In this document: piece by piece, positions 1-17,879 of the stretch
Layout: each line of letters opens with the position of its first letter
Position numbering within the stretch: position 1 is the stretch's first letter
Assembly (NCBI RefSeq): GCF_009914755.1
Contig: NC_060945.1
Length of the DNA stretch: 64,000 nucleotides
DNA from: the human T2T-CHM13v2.0 reference genome, Homo sapiens
Direction: 5' to 3' (one strand)
Made by a program: the position numbers and the translations under genes
The notes under the pieces: generated by a model
Told to the model about the DNA's origin: nothing
Databases searched by the model: none
Seen by the model: only the letters and a program-made list of their open reading frames with translations

Positions 1-27
1 AAAGTTAGAAATGGTGGGCCGGTGGGG

Positions 28-139
28 GAGGGTCTCACCATCTTGCCCAGGCTGGTCTTGAGCTCCTAGGCTGAAGCGATTCTCCCACCTCTAACTCCTA
101 AAGTGCTGGGCTTACAGGCGTGAGCCACCATGCCTGGCC
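28..139 (-). mobile_element. Alu left-arm monomer / FLAM-AluJ fragment
   Basis: Reverse-complement Alu text: gggtctcaccatcttgcccaggctggtcttgagctcct...gtgagccaccatgcctggcc. Confidence 0.85.
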
Positions 140-705
140 AGAAAAAGTCTTTTTAAACAGTGATGTGAAACGCAGAAGCTCTGAGAGGCTAATAAATTTG
201 ACTACAGAAAAATAAAACAGTTTCTGCAAAAGCTGTTGGAACTGTATTCAGGAGACAAACTAAGGTGGGCACCTCATCTCACAGGCAAGAGCCTGGCTCC
301 CCTCATGTAGAAAGAGCTCCTGGAACTCAGGAAGGAAAAGCGACCAATGGGAAGAGGGAGAAAGACAATGACAGGGACACATCTGCCCCATGGAAGACAT
401 CGACATCCCCCAACACAGAACCCTGGACCTCGAGTGTGGCCTTCTAAGGGTCTTTGCTGCAGAGCCCACCAGATGTGCCTGTGAGGCTGGCTGGAAACCG
501 CCAAATGCCCAGGGCCAGCACCCAAGAAAAGAGGGAAGAGACGCGTGCACACAGTTCCCCTGGGAAGACAGACAAAATCCTGAAACTATGACGGCCTGCA
601 GCATGCAGATGCTGGCGGCGGGGGTAGGGAAACCCCCAAGCTTTTTGTTTGTGAACCTGTGTAAAGGTATTATCTACTTTAAAATTCATTTCTTAAAAAG
701 AAATA

Positions 706-1037
<332 letters not shown>

Positions 1038-1228
1038 TTAGAGAGAGACCTGGGCACCCCGGGAAGTGGAACTGAGGCAGATGGGACACAGGATGAGGAC
1101 TGCTTTCAATTTTCTGTACTTTTATTTTTATAGTTTGAGTGTTTGTGATTACTTTTATTCCTTAAAATCTCATTTTGGCTCTTATGTTTGTAATTTTGTA
1201 ATTTAAAAAAGTAAATGGGGTAGAACTA

Positions 1229-1760
<532 letters not shown>

Positions 1761-4269
1761 AGTATCTGAAATATATTTCTGATTAATAGAGGAACTGAAA
1801 ATAAGGGCTAACATTTAAAAATTCCTGAGACTGAGGAGGGGAAGGAGGAGTGAGTGGTGTAAAAATGCCAACATTTTATTATTCATAGTGGAGAGGCCAA
1901 AGTGAGGAGGGAAAAGCATTTACAATTTACCAAAAGGAAAAAAAGGAAAGAAAATGAATACCTGCTTATTTTAAAATTATTGCTACTGTTTAAAATCACA
2001 GGTATTTTTTTAATTTAAAAAAGGATAAAATAAAAAAGGGAGACCAGGCCCATGTGGGGGCCTCACAGGCAGCCTCTTCCCAGCAACACAATTGCACCCT
2101 GCACCCCAGCCATCTAGGGGCACCTGGCAAGCTGTGGAGCAGCCCTAGGACTGGCGGGTGGGCAGAGGGTCCGTTGTTATCAGGGGCTGGGGGAAGCCCC
2201 CAGGGGTGCCTGTGCCCCTGAAGGGTTCATGGGGCCTTGGTGACTGGGAAGGGACCTTCTGTGCCCCAGGATGGTCCACCTCATGCAGGAGCCCTGTAGC
2301 CCTGGGTGTGCTGGGGGCAGTGTCCTGGGGGCCTGGGGGGTCCCTGGGCGATGCTGGGCTCTGCACAGGGAAGGCCATGAGTGGGGGATGCTCTTGGGGG
2401 ATGATGGGAGGACACTCTGTGGGGTTCTCTTGAGAGGGGTGCTCCCAGAGACGCTCCTGGGGGCATCTGGAGGTTGCTCCCGCTGGGAGTTCCTGGAGTG
2501 CCCCTGAGGGCCCCCTTAGGCCAAGGTCAGGCACAGGCATGGGGCTATGGCTACAGGCAGGAGAGAGGGTGGCGGGGGGGCCACCGTCCTCTGTGGACCC
2601 TTCAGTGCCAGCCATGCTGCTGCTGCTGCTGTGGGGTGAGGCCCACCAGGGTTGACAGCAGGGCACTGAGTCCCCTCCAGGCAATGCACATCCTTCCCTT
2701 CAGCTCACTGCTCTGTTTGCCGGGCAGGTCACCTGTTGACCTCTCCGGCTGCAGGCCCGCCTGTCCCTGGGCACTGTCCCCTTCTGTGTGGAGTTCCCCT
2801 GGCCCCCTGTCCTGGACCCATGGCCCCTACCTGGTGCCTGTGAGGGCACCTGATAGGCCAGGGCCCAGGGATGACTCCCCTCCACCCCGCAGCATCAGGA
2901 CCCTTCAGGGCTGCCACCTCCTGGGAGCCCTCTGTCCTTCGCAGAAGGAGCCCAAGGCCCATGTGCTGCTGGGGATAGGCTCCCCAGGGTCCCTTCAAGG
3001 TGGTGGGGGAGGCTGGCTTGGGGGACCTGCCCCAGCAGCTCCACCTTTACCAGATGTATATGTTGGGGTAAGATTTTGTTTGAGAAAAAAAAGAGTTTTT
3101 ATGGCTAAATGTTAAAAGGGTGAACGTGCTGAAGCCGGAGGGGTGGAGAGCAGGACACGGGCTGACCTCGGGGTGGGAGGCCGGCGCTTCCAGGAACCGC
3201 CTGAGCTGTGAGGGCACACAGGCAGGCTGAGGGCCGGCTGAGCCACCTGGGCACCAGTGGCCAGGCCTGGGTGCTGAGGAGTCCCTTGCTTCTGCTTCAC
3301 GGGGCGTCTAGAAAGTGCATCTGAGGCTGGCGTCCCGCGCCAGCACGGGGGTCTCTCTCCTCCTGGATGTCTGCGTGGTGATGAAGGTGGAAACAGCCCC
3401 CAGGGCAGCTCCTGTTACTTTAAGGCCCTACACATGTTCATTTGCAGCCTGAGGTTTTCTGTCTAAATTCACATTTTGCAGTTTCACTGAGTTACTTTCA
3501 TTCATTTTTACATTTACATACAGCAGTGATCTCCATGCCTGCCACTTTCGAGGCTTCTCCAAGGGCTTTGTTATTTTGTTCTCAGAGAAATCAAAAACAG
3601 CAGAGACACAAATGTTGAAAAGTTTCATTTTCTGGTCTTCTCTGAGTGCCCGCCCCCCCACCAACCCCCCAGGGTTTCTGGGAAGAAGAAGAAAAAAATG
3701 ACAGAATTATTCGTGATTGGGAAATCACTTGGCTGTGGCGGGTGTGGAAGCTCCCCAGTGTCCGGAGCTCCCTGTGTGGAAAGTTTTGTGGTGTGTGTGC
3801 CGTGCCCTTTCTGGAGGGTTACACAACCCAGGACGGACGCGGTGGGGGCACAGAGGGAATGACACTCCCTTCCCAAACACTCAGAAGACAGAAGAAGACG
3901 GGAGCCGGTGCAGCCCAGGCTCCCTGCCCTGCCGAGACCTGACCGTGCCTGGCCAGCCCCTGCCCCAGCCCCAAGGGACTCCCACGAGGACACCAGATCC
4001 TCCGGGGGTGGAGGAGCCCTGCGGTGCCTGTGCGGAGGGGCCTGAGGCTGGAGGAGGCCTAGAGGGCTGATCCTGCCTTTGCCCCACCATTCTGATGTTT
4101 TGTTCGATGTGGACGTTTTGCATTCACTTAGATTCTGCAAAATCTTGCGTTAAAATATGACTTATCTTGATTCCTGAATTTTTCCATGCCTTTTGTACCT
4201 GAGGGGACTGTCACACTCACCTAAGCCCTACCCAGGCCCTAGTGGGTCAGAAGGCGGGAGTACAGTATC

Positions 4270-5014
4270 TCTGTGTGTGTGTGCATATGTGTAGTGTGTG
4301 GTGTGCTTGTGTGTGTTTATGTGGCATGTTGTATGTATGTGTGGTGTGCATGTGTCTGTGGGTGTGTGTGTGCGTTTGTCATATGGGTGTGTACGTGGTG
4401 TGTGTGTGTGCTGTGGGGACGTATGGTGTGTGTGTAACGTGTGTGGTTTATATGTGTGTGATTTATATATGTGTGTATGTGTGTAATGTGTGTGGTTTAT
4501 ACGTGTGTGATTTACGTATGTGTGGGGTGTGTGGTTTATATGTGTGTGTATGATGTGTGTAGTTTATATATGTGTGTATGTGTGTGATGTGTGTGGTTTA
4601 TATGTGTGTGTGGTGTGTATGCGTGATGTGTGTATGTAGTGTGTGTAATGTGTGTGTAGTGTGTGTGGGGTGTGTGTGTAGTGTGTGTTGTGTGTGTGTG
4701 GTGTATGTGTGTGGTGTGTGTGTGTGATGTGTGTGTAATGTGTGTGGTGTATGTGTGTGGTGTGTGTGTGATGTGTGTATGTAGTGTGTAATGTGTGTGT
4801 AGTGTGTGGGGGGGTGTGTAGTGTGTGTTGTGTGTGTGGTGTGTGTGTGGTGTGTGTGTGAGATGTGTGTGTGTACTGTGTGTAATGTGTGTGTAGTGTG
4901 TGTGTGGTGTGTGTGTGGTGTGTCTGTAGTGTGTGTTGTGTGTGTGTGGTGTGTGTGTGGTGTGTGTGTGGTGTGTCTGTAGTGTGTGTTGTGTGTGTGT
5001 GGTGTGTGTGTGGT
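4270..5014. repeat. Compound (TG)n-rich microsatellite/minisatellite, ~750 bp
   Basis: Almost pure gtgtgt with recurring subunits (gtgtggt, gtgtagt, gtgtgatgt, gtgtaatgt). Confidence 0.97.
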
Positions 5015-5880
5015 GGCTACAGCCTGGCTGAAGGTTGGAGTGTGAGAAGGCGGTGTAGGAGAAGCCATGTGAGTTCTGCCTGCTTCCGCATTGCCCTCAG
5101 CGCAGGGTCCTGGCCTTGGGAGTCCCAGCACAGTCCCTCTGGGTGTGGAGACAAACGGGTGGGCTTGCTTGGCTCCAGGTATCTGCCGGCCCTCCCCATC
5201 CCACCCCCCAGGGCTACAGAGTGGGGACAACCTGTGGGTGCTCCCCGAGGCTGCCCAAGGGCAGCCTGGAGGAGGGGAAGGCCCCGCTCCAGGTGGCCAC
5301 AAACGCAGGTCTGAGGCTCTTGCACAAACCCCACAGCGCACACAGGTAACACATCACGGCATGCACGAGTCACACAAACACGGCCGCAATGCTGGGCACT
5401 GCAGGGCGGGGCATGCCGATGGGGCTGCACTGGGTGGGTGTGAAGCATCAGGCCTGGGCTGGCGGCTGTGGCTGTGCTGTGGGACATCGCTTTCTTGGGG
5501 GATGCATGTTGAGAGTGTGAGAGGGAGTGTCCTGATGTCTGCACCTTACTTTAAGTGGCTCGGCAAAAAAACCTAAAGCGCATGTGTGTGTGTGTTTATA
5601 GACAGAGAGCAAAATATACAAAGGTGTTTAAAATGGGTGAATCTGGGTGCAGGGCACACAGCTGTTCATTGTACTATTTGCTCAACTTTCCTGTGAGCTT
5701 GAAATTTTTCAAAGTAGAAAATTTAGTTTTAAGAAATCCATAAACGAGGCTATATTTTTATTTATGTGATTCTAATACCCTAATTTTAAAAAAGAAAAGA
5801 AAGTTTCCATTCCCGACTGAAAAATACCTGTGGATGAAGAGGCATGAAGACACCCCCTTCCTCCAGGGCCCGATGTGAGC

Positions 5881-6053
5881 GGGGCGGGCAGGATGTCCTC
5901 TCTCCCTCTGAGACCTGGGGGAACAGGGCGGGCAGGACGTCCCTTCTCCCTTCGAGACCTGGGGGAACGGGGCGGGCAGGACGTCCCTTCTCCCTTCGAG
6001 ACCTGGGGGAACGGGGCGGGCAGGACGTCCCTTCTCCCTCCGAGACCTGGGGG
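5881..6053. repeat. 44-bp VNTR, ~4 copies
   Basis: Unit ggggcgggcaggacgtcccttctcccttcgagacctgggggaac starting at 5881, 5925, 5969 and 6013. Confidence 0.95.
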
Positions 6054-6699
6054 CCCAGCTGCATGGCTTCTCAGCTGCGCTTTCTGTCCAGGACCTGGGC
6101 ACCTTTGTGTTTCCTCCAACAGAACACTTTGGACTGGCCAGGAGTCTGGGAGGCAGGTTTCCAAGAGCAGGGACAACATGGACTTCAGCAAAGTCCAGCG
6201 GCCCCCAGGCGGCATCAATACCCAACCCCCTACACCCAAGCACATCCGTCAATGGTCAGAAAACCAAAAGACAAGCAGAAACCAGGACGGCCGCCCGAAG
6301 AACGGGGTGCCCTGGGCCACCACTCTAATAACCAGCTACAAGGAACGGAGGCCCGGAGATGGTGCAAAACATCTTGAAGAGACTACAAGAATAAAAACAA
6401 CCTGCCATCCCATAATTCTATGCCTATCCTTCCAGAAATAAAGCTATTTTCAGATCAAAGAAAATGGACAGAATTTGTTCACAGTAGAGCTTCATGACGT
6501 AAAATGCTAGGGAAACTGCAGGCTGAAGGGAGAAGACGCCGAGCAGGAGATGGGCCTTCTGGGAGGATGGAAGAGCAGTGAGAACACCAAGAGGTGGGGG
6601 AGGTTAGCATAACAGACAATTTTCCTCCTCGTCCCAAGCCTTTTGAAAATAAAAATGATAACATTGCACTGAAGTGCTGTTTACACGTGTCGATACAGT

Positions 6700-9486
<2,787 letters not shown>

Positions 9487-10073
9487 CTAAGCATGGTGGC
9501 TGGGTGGTGGATACATGCAAGTGTCATGTGTATTTCTGTGTACTCGTATATTTTGATATCTTTCATAACAAAGACCTTTCTTTATAAAAGCAATTGAAGA
9601 GAAAATGCTCAAAAGGGAAGACCATCAAAAGAGATTAAATATGTGCATGACTGAATATCATGTCAGTTGTAAAGAGAAAAGCCAGTCTGGCTCAGATTTC
9701 TTTACAATGACAATGGTACTAGAGGGTCGTGGAGCATCCTAGGAGATCCTTAGTGAAAGACAGTGTGAACACCAGTATTATAACCAGCTAAACTGTCACA
9801 GACATGGAAGGCAACTGACAAACATTTCAGACATGCAAAACTCAGTGACATTATTCCTATGGGATAGAGGATAAACTGTAGCCAACTAAGAAATGAATTT
9901 TAAAACATTATTGGAAGCACTAGCAGTAAGTTTTGAATCTAACTATAGGACTAAGGCTAGAATAAATGTGTCTGGAAGAATTTATAAGAATGTAAAGTGA
10001 TAAATTTCTGAGCATAGAGAAATCATAAAGCTAACCACGGTTTGGAGTGAAAGGCAGAAAGTAGGTGGGGAGA

Positions 10074-10429
<356 letters not shown>

Positions 10430-13400
10430 TTATTTAAAATTGGTGAAGCAAGTTAACTTCACAGTGACAGGTAAGAACTAAGAAGGGTGAGGGTGACTGA
10501 GGAGCGGCGGAGGCTGGGTTCCCATATCACTCCCCCAGCTCCGCTCACGATGGGGCTCAGTAAATAGGAGAATAAAACAGCATCAAACTCAGAAAACGAT
10601 CGTTTAAATTTTGTAACCAAAATAAACATATCCAAAGTTGTTCTCAAAATAGTAGGTATTTGTTTTACACAAAACGTGATGACAGTAAGAAATATTGCCA
10701 GTATAGACATCATCCCTTCCAGGCTGGTCTTTTTAATTTTGTATCCAAAAGCTACAGTGGTAAGACAGGGTAGCCAGAAACCATAGCAAAAAGCCACTTC
10801 CATTTAGTGATTGCATAATCATATTATCAGAAGAGCTCAGTAAAATAGAATTTTAGAGTTGCTTTTATGTCTTCGTTAAAAATGTTTCTTAGGCCAATGT
10901 GAGGTTGAGTGGTCAACTTAAGATTTTTCTGTGGAATACATTTCAACATTTTTTAAGTCCTAAGTCTGAGAAACTGGCTGTCTGCTACACGAAAACCAAG
11001 ATGCGATGTTCTCAGATCTGGTTGTGGTCTCCAGGCACTCCACTATCTAAAGAAAGTAACCCCCTAAAATATCCCATCTCTAGACCATATATTCATTTGC
11101 TGAGAAGTCATTTGCAAGGGAATTTCCATATTCAATAGCCGCAGTTTAAAAACTTATTTGGGGTTTTCCATACTAAACATATATTGGGTGAAAAGTATTA
11201 TCAACTAATAAAGTAATTATCATGCTTGCAAGCTAAATTTACCACCTTCTGATTAGGATTTCGCATCTAATGTCCTTCAAAGCAACTCAGATGAGGGGGA
11301 TGCTTTCTTCTTCCTTCGAATCCTCTCCAGTTCTAGATGTTAAGGACCATGAGGCAGATGGTTCCCCTACCTCGCCCCCATCCAGTCCGTTTCTAGGAAG
11401 TATCATGACCAACTGGGCAGGATTTGGACACGTTCTGCAGAGAATGCCAGACACCAGCCCATCTGGTGAACATTAGTCTGCAGACTTCTTGGTCAAGGTA
11501 ATGTTCGCATTGTTTGGGCACAAAATGAAAACACAGCATTTGATTTCACAAGAACTTAGAAAAATAAGCATGGTCAGAGCAAGTTGTACGAGGATCAAAA
11601 CATTTAAAAAATAGAAAAAACACATTGGAAGAAAAAGAGGAAATTTTGTTTAAAAAAATTAAAAGCCATTCAAAGATACACCATGTCGGCTACAAAAGAT
11701 CTCTTTGGAAAATAAATCTTTAATTCAACTTTTTTTTTTTACATTATTTACATTAATTTTGGTTGAAAAGAACCACGTAGATCAATACTTTTCAGTCATT
11801 TGTGAGTCTAAAGTTATGTTTCTCTGTATGCTCATAAAATAATTATACTACCTACATTTGTCATTGAAAGAAAAGATGGTTGATAAATGCCAGATTTGTG
11901 GGTCTCAGAATTTCCTTGTTTCCAGATTTCTAAGGCAGTTAAAGTGACCTGCTGTGTCCATAGGAGAGCACCTCTCGTGAATGTATGCCTTATGTCTTTG
12001 CCAAATTCAACCTTTTCTTACTCATTTTTATTCTAGGAAACATTCTCAAGTGTCAAAATAGTCAACTGTTAACTATGAACACAGGTCGATGCTGCTCTCT
12101 GCTTTCGACACGTGTCCCTTCTCTTGTTCCTGGGCACGCCTTGATCCATCCAGGCTCTGCTGCAGCTGGGTGGGCCCTGGCTGGGCTCCAGCCAGTGGAC
12201 CGTGAGCAGGAGGAATGCTCCCCCTGCTTCCAGAGAGGCTCACAGCCTCTCCCCGCCTGGGCCAGGGAGCAGCCCCGGTGACCTCAAATTCACCTGTGAA
12301 GGAAGATGGCGAAGGCTCCCTCAGCCTGGGCCCCTTGGTGCCACATGGGGAGAGACTCCCCCCACCCAAACCTCCCATGTCCCCAAGCTCCGCTTCACCA
12401 CCCAGGCCCTGCTTGTCCTGCTCTCACCAAAAATGAACACACTTCTCTTACACTTGGGCCGTGACACATGTTCGTATCTATCTGTCATAACGGTGGCCTC
12501 CCTAAACCACTCAGTAAGTTACAGGACTTCCTTTCATTCCTGTATCCTGAAATTTCACTAACATTTCTGCCTTTTCTGTTCACCTCATGATACTCACTTC
12601 TGTTTTGTAACCAGAACTACTTTAGAAAGGCCCTTCCCAGACGCGGAATTCTTGTATGGTTTTTGTTCCCAACACCATGTCATTCGAGTTGTTTTCGCAG
12701 CAGCGATGGATTTATGTGGCTTTGCTAAGCCTCAGCTCATACTTGCCATGTTTTGTATCCATCTTGGGATCTGGACAAGAATCTGGAAAGGGGGCGTCTG
12801 TGCCAGAGTTCCCATCTGACCTACTGCTGTGGTTCCAGAACATTCCGTCCCCAGGATGTCCCAGCCCATGGCAGGTGCTCAGCGGGGGCTTGTGTGACCA
12901 GCTCAGACTCCAGTTCGATGTACTCAGAGGCTCCTCCAGTGCAGGAGCTGGCGAGGCCCCCTCCTCAGGGACATTCTGCTTTGCTCTTCAGCAGAGCTCG
13001 GCAGGGGACGGGGCGGGAGCCAGGCTGCAGACCCAGCTCCCAGTGGGCAGAGGTCGAGGAAATGGCACACAGACTGCTCACACTGTTTTACACTTTGCTA
13101 TAGGTTACTCATATTCATTGTAGAAAAATATAAACAAGAAAAATAAGCAAAAAGAAGAAAAAGCCACTCGTAGCCCCATCACACAGGTGATGACTCATGC
13201 CTGTACCTACGTGGACAGACCAAACTACGCACGCACGTTGTGCTGTGCACATCTGACCCCGTGACACGCGAGGCACTGTGCACGTTTTTTTCATGTAACA
13301 ATTATATCATTAGCAGTTCTTAAGGTCAGGAAGTGAAGAGCTGGATCATTTTAATACTGCGTAGAATGCCATGGTTTGAATAAACACGTCATTGAGTAAT

Positions 13401-14779
13401 ACTGTAGTGTTGGCCATTTAGGTTGTCCAGATCTCAGCTATTATAAAAAGGCTGTGAATCTATCTGGGGGCGTATCCCTTATTATCTCCACAGGATAAAT
13501 TTTAAGACATTGCACACATTTTTAAGATTTCTGACAGGCATCGTCAGGGCATCCTGCGGGAGTGAGTGACCGGCCCCACGTCCTCCAGCGTCCCCCACCC
13601 CGGGCATAGCTTTCTTTTTAGTATTTGCTAATCCAATAATGAAACATGGCATCTTGTTATCTTTTTAAATTTGCAGTTTTATTTGTGATGTTAATCTCTG
13701 GCTCTTGAACCAGTCAAGGTGTTAACCCTTTGTGCGCTGCATATGCCTTTGGTTTGTAGCTTGCTTGTTGTTACTGTTTTGTTTCTGTTGGTTTTTCTTC
13801 TTGTTCTGATTCCTTCCTGTACCCTCAGGAATGACGTGAGGGTACCTGGGACTCTGACTGTGACATGCTTTCCACACGCATCTCTGTAAACATTGGGTCC
13901 TTACTCTGGACATTGTGTGAGATGAAGCCCCCACGGTAGGGCCGGAGGGAGCACGAGAGCGATCGTCAGAAGCCAAGCCGACTTGGGGGAGACCAGCTAC
14001 CCTCTGCATGTGAGGGGCAGTGGGCCTGTGGCTCGAGTGTGCCTGCTGGTGCAGCAGGGACAGGCTGGAACCACCAGTGTGGCCCCCGACCGCTGCGTGG
14101 CCATGGGAGGGGCACCACCTCTTGGCTCACAGACCTGCTCGCCCATGAGTGCAGCTGTGACCGTGCCAGCCTCCTGGGGTTGCTGAGGATCAAATGAGAA
14201 CATGCAGGTAGAGTGCTTACAGCAGCGCCTGGCATGCAGTGAGCCCAATTCAAATGCTTCTGTGGTAGAATTTGATCTTAATTTTATAAAGCCCTCTGGT
14301 TGTTTCATTACCTACAATCACAGGTTAATAGTTTATAAGTGCTTCTTAAAATTTTCCAAGTCATGGGGTCCAAACAGGCCACACTAGACACAGCTGGCAC
14401 CTGAGAGCGTCCCTGGGGTTTATGTTCTGAGAAGCCGCTGCTCCCAGGCGAGGCCTGCACCGGGGATTGTGAGTGGAACAGGAGCCGGGCATTCAGAGAG
14501 GCCCTGAGGACTTGGCCACCACCAGCCGTGGCAGGAAATGGTTGGCAAGGACAGTGTCCTAAGAAAGGAAAACCTAGAAGGAAAATTGGACCCTCCAGAG
14601 ACTGCCCATTCGATGAAGAAATGTCCTTCAGACGCCAGCTTGGCCCTGCAGCCAGCACAGGAACAGACCGGAGCCTGAAGCAGCCGCCATGTAACCAGAT
14701 AGGGCTGTGTCCAGGAACTCCAGTGCAACCGTGGCCCTTGGCTGAGGTAAGCACAGGCATCTTTAAAAGCCATTAGGTT

Positions 14780-15068
<289 letters not shown>

Positions 15069-15129
15069 ACATGAGCTCCACTCACACAGAGCTGGCAGGA
15101 ATGAGTTCTGCTTTCATCAGGGTCCTCAG

Positions 15130-15329
15130 GGGACCCTCAATTGAATTCAGGTCCTCAACTGGATGTGGCCCACCACAACGGGGAGGGTCATCTTGCTTTC
15201 CTCAGTCTGCCAATTTGAATGCTAATCTCTTCCAAAAACACCCTCACGGAAATACCCAAAGTGATGTTTGACCAAATATCTAGGCACCCTCTGGCCCTGT
15301 CCAGGTGATACATGAAAGTAACCATCACA
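15130..15329 (-). mobile_element. MLT2 (ERVL) LTR 5' fragment
   Basis: Ends in ...aaagtaaccatcaca (reverse complement of the MLT2 start tgtgatggtt); contains aatgctaatctcttccaaaaacaccctcac. Confidence 0.7.
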
Positions 15330-17337
15330 ACACCGAGCCACCTACAGGACTCCTCCACCTCGCTGGCTAACAGGCACCCCCAACGTAGTCAGAAACAGAC
15401 ATCCGCTCTCCCTCCCAAGCTCATCAGAGGACAGGACAGACCTGCTGGCCATCACACAGGCGGGTCCTTGGACCATCTCTGGGCCTTTCTCCCATGCCCC
15501 CACGCCAGTCTAGCATCACGTTTTGCTGGTTCTATCTGCGTGAACACGCTGTGCGCTGAAAAATTCAAGGTGAGGATCAGTGGGTATCAACTTGCTACCA
15601 CTTTCCAAAAACAGAAGATTGCTCACAGCTGCAGTTTTGCACATAGGTTTACATGAGAAAGTAACCAGGCAGGAGGAGCTTGGGGGAGGGACACTGGACA
15701 CTGTATGTTTCTTTATACTTTTTGATGTTTGAGCCAACTATAACCTATTCAGAATTTCTAAACAGATAAGCCCACAATCCAAATGTTTGGAGTAGGCATT
15801 TCCTAAGAAATGCCCCCCACTCTCTAAGGAGTTTCTGCACTGAAAACTGGCCAGCGGGCACCCTGGGGCCTGAGGGAGGTGCTGAGAAGGGGCATGAGGT
15901 TGGGCTGGTGACCACACAGACAGGGTCCTCCCCAGGCTGAATTTTCAGATGCTTAGCGCTCTGGCCTCCCTTCCACAGTCTGCCCTGGCCAGGTCGGAGC
16001 CATGTGGTCAGTGAAAGAGGCTCCAGGGGATCAGCCTGCAGCTGACGGACACCAAGTGAAACTCTGGGGCCAGCCTCTGGGTCAGGCTGTGACATTTCCA
16101 CCTGGTGGCACATGCCTGGTCTCCTTACCACAGACTCCTAGGATGGCAGCTCTGTGGCTCAAGTCAGAGAGGCAGACGGCCCCAAGAAAATAAGGTGGCC
16201 TGGGCTGGGTACAGGGAGGAGAGGGTGATGGGCTGGGCAGGTACACTGGGCAGTGCATGGGAGCGCGGAGAGCAGCAGCCACTAGAGAGCTGGGTGGGAA
16301 CAGGGGTCAGGGAGCTGGGTGGGAGCAGGGGTTGGGGCAGGGCCTTGCAGGGCTTGTTTCTGCCCAGCTTGTAAACAGTACTGAATGCCACACCTAGGAG
16401 GTGGAAATCATGCTGGAGAGAGCTCACCCTTCGGACTCAGCACATTCACCCACTTAGTCAACTAGCACTCCTTTGTGCTACACTTGCCCCCAGACGTTGC
16501 CAGCCAGATCTCCTCCTGTTGGAATGAATTTTCACCTTTTTTCCCTCTGTCTTCAGAGCTATTTGGATGAGAATTTGCGACGGGCTGCCCCAGGGGCCAT
16601 TTAGTGGGCGGTCATCTAAGCTGGAAGCCAGCCTCAGTCCAGGAGATGTCAGGTCCTATACTGAGCCCGTCAGGCCATGCTCTGCTCTAAGGCAGAGAAG
16701 GACATTACCCTAGTATCCATGGGGACATGGGGAGGCCAAGGAGAGCCTGTATCCTCGGTTTTTGGAACTCTCTGGGTCTGAGGAGATTGTTCACAGTAGA
16801 GAATAAGGAACTAAGACAATCTGAACAGGAGACTTGCTTCCAGCCAAGGTGGAGTAACAGGAACCATGTTTACCTTCTGCTTGAAAAACCAAACAAATCA
16901 AAAGAGAAAAACCACATGAAACAAGAGGTGTCAAGATACCAGCATCAGACAACGAGGGACAGCTCTGCCCGAGCCACAGGAGACGGACGGGGCGCCCTGA
17001 GCTGCCCCAGCCGACCATCTGGAGTGTCAAAGGCGGCGGAGCAGGGAGGGGAAGCCTAGGAAGTCCATTCATAGGCCGACCTTGAGCTCCTAAGAAAACG
17101 ACCTTCTGGAACACAGGGCCCCACTCCCGCTGGGAGGGAAACAGCCATGGCCCCAGGATTTTGCCCCCACTGCGTTGCCTTTTATGAGTAGAACATAACA
17201 CACTCTCAGAAATGAAGCCGTGTGAGCCTCCTCGACACACCGGCTGACACAGCGCCCGCAGGCTGAGTGCTTGGCAGCAGCGTGGAACTCGGCCCTGGCG
17301 TGTCGGAGCTCAGGGTGGCCCTGCGGGAGGGTCTGAG

Positions 17338-17419
17338 ACTTCATGTAATGTGGCCAGGGGAGAACTGGAGCCCACCTTCCCACTTCATGTAATGTGGCCA
17401 GGGGAGAGCTGGAGCACAC
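17338..17419. repeat. 44-bp tandem duplication
   Basis: acttcatgtaatgtggccaggggaga(a/g)ctggagc(c/a)cac at 17338 and 17382. Confidence 0.9.
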
Positions 17420-17879
17420 AGCGGGGCACTGTGAGCCCGGGCGCCACGCCGCAGCCTGCGGGTTCTGCTGAGGGTGCAGTCCACGCAGGAGGCTTCGGGA
17501 TGGACAATTCCAAGAACAGACTTGCTAGGTAGTCCGGCAGGGAAGCACCAGCCTCCAAAGGCCACCACAGGCCTCCCTTCCACACCCACGCAGTCAGCTG
17601 GCGCCGGGGAGTGCACGGAAGGACCACGCCGGCAAGGAAAGCGCAGCTCTGAGCCCCCGCGCCTTCAGGCCCACCCGGAACTCTCAGGAACTCTCAGGAC
17701 TGCTCCTGAGAATGCCCCTCCCAACCACAGCAGGTGACTGTCATGGGCGTCCGGAGCCTCTCAAAGATCCAGGAGGAGGCGTGATGTGGAGGGACCGGCC
17801 AGTGTGGCGGGGCCCGCAGCGCCAGAAAAGGCAGCTGCCGCAGAGTTGAAGAGCTCATCTTAAGAAGAGTCCCAGAGCA

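Noticed and set aside
2145-3115. 179-aa and 213-aa Pro/Gly-rich ORFs
   Set aside because: The background is GC-rich, the starts are non-ATG, and there is no recognisable homology.
4242-5341. His/Thr-rich and Cys/Val-rich ORFs (up to 247 aa)
   Set aside because: They are translations of the (TG)n/(CA)n tract.
5758-6441. Several 160-190 aa ORFs with internal repeats
   Set aside because: They are produced by the 44-bp VNTR, which is open in multiple frames.
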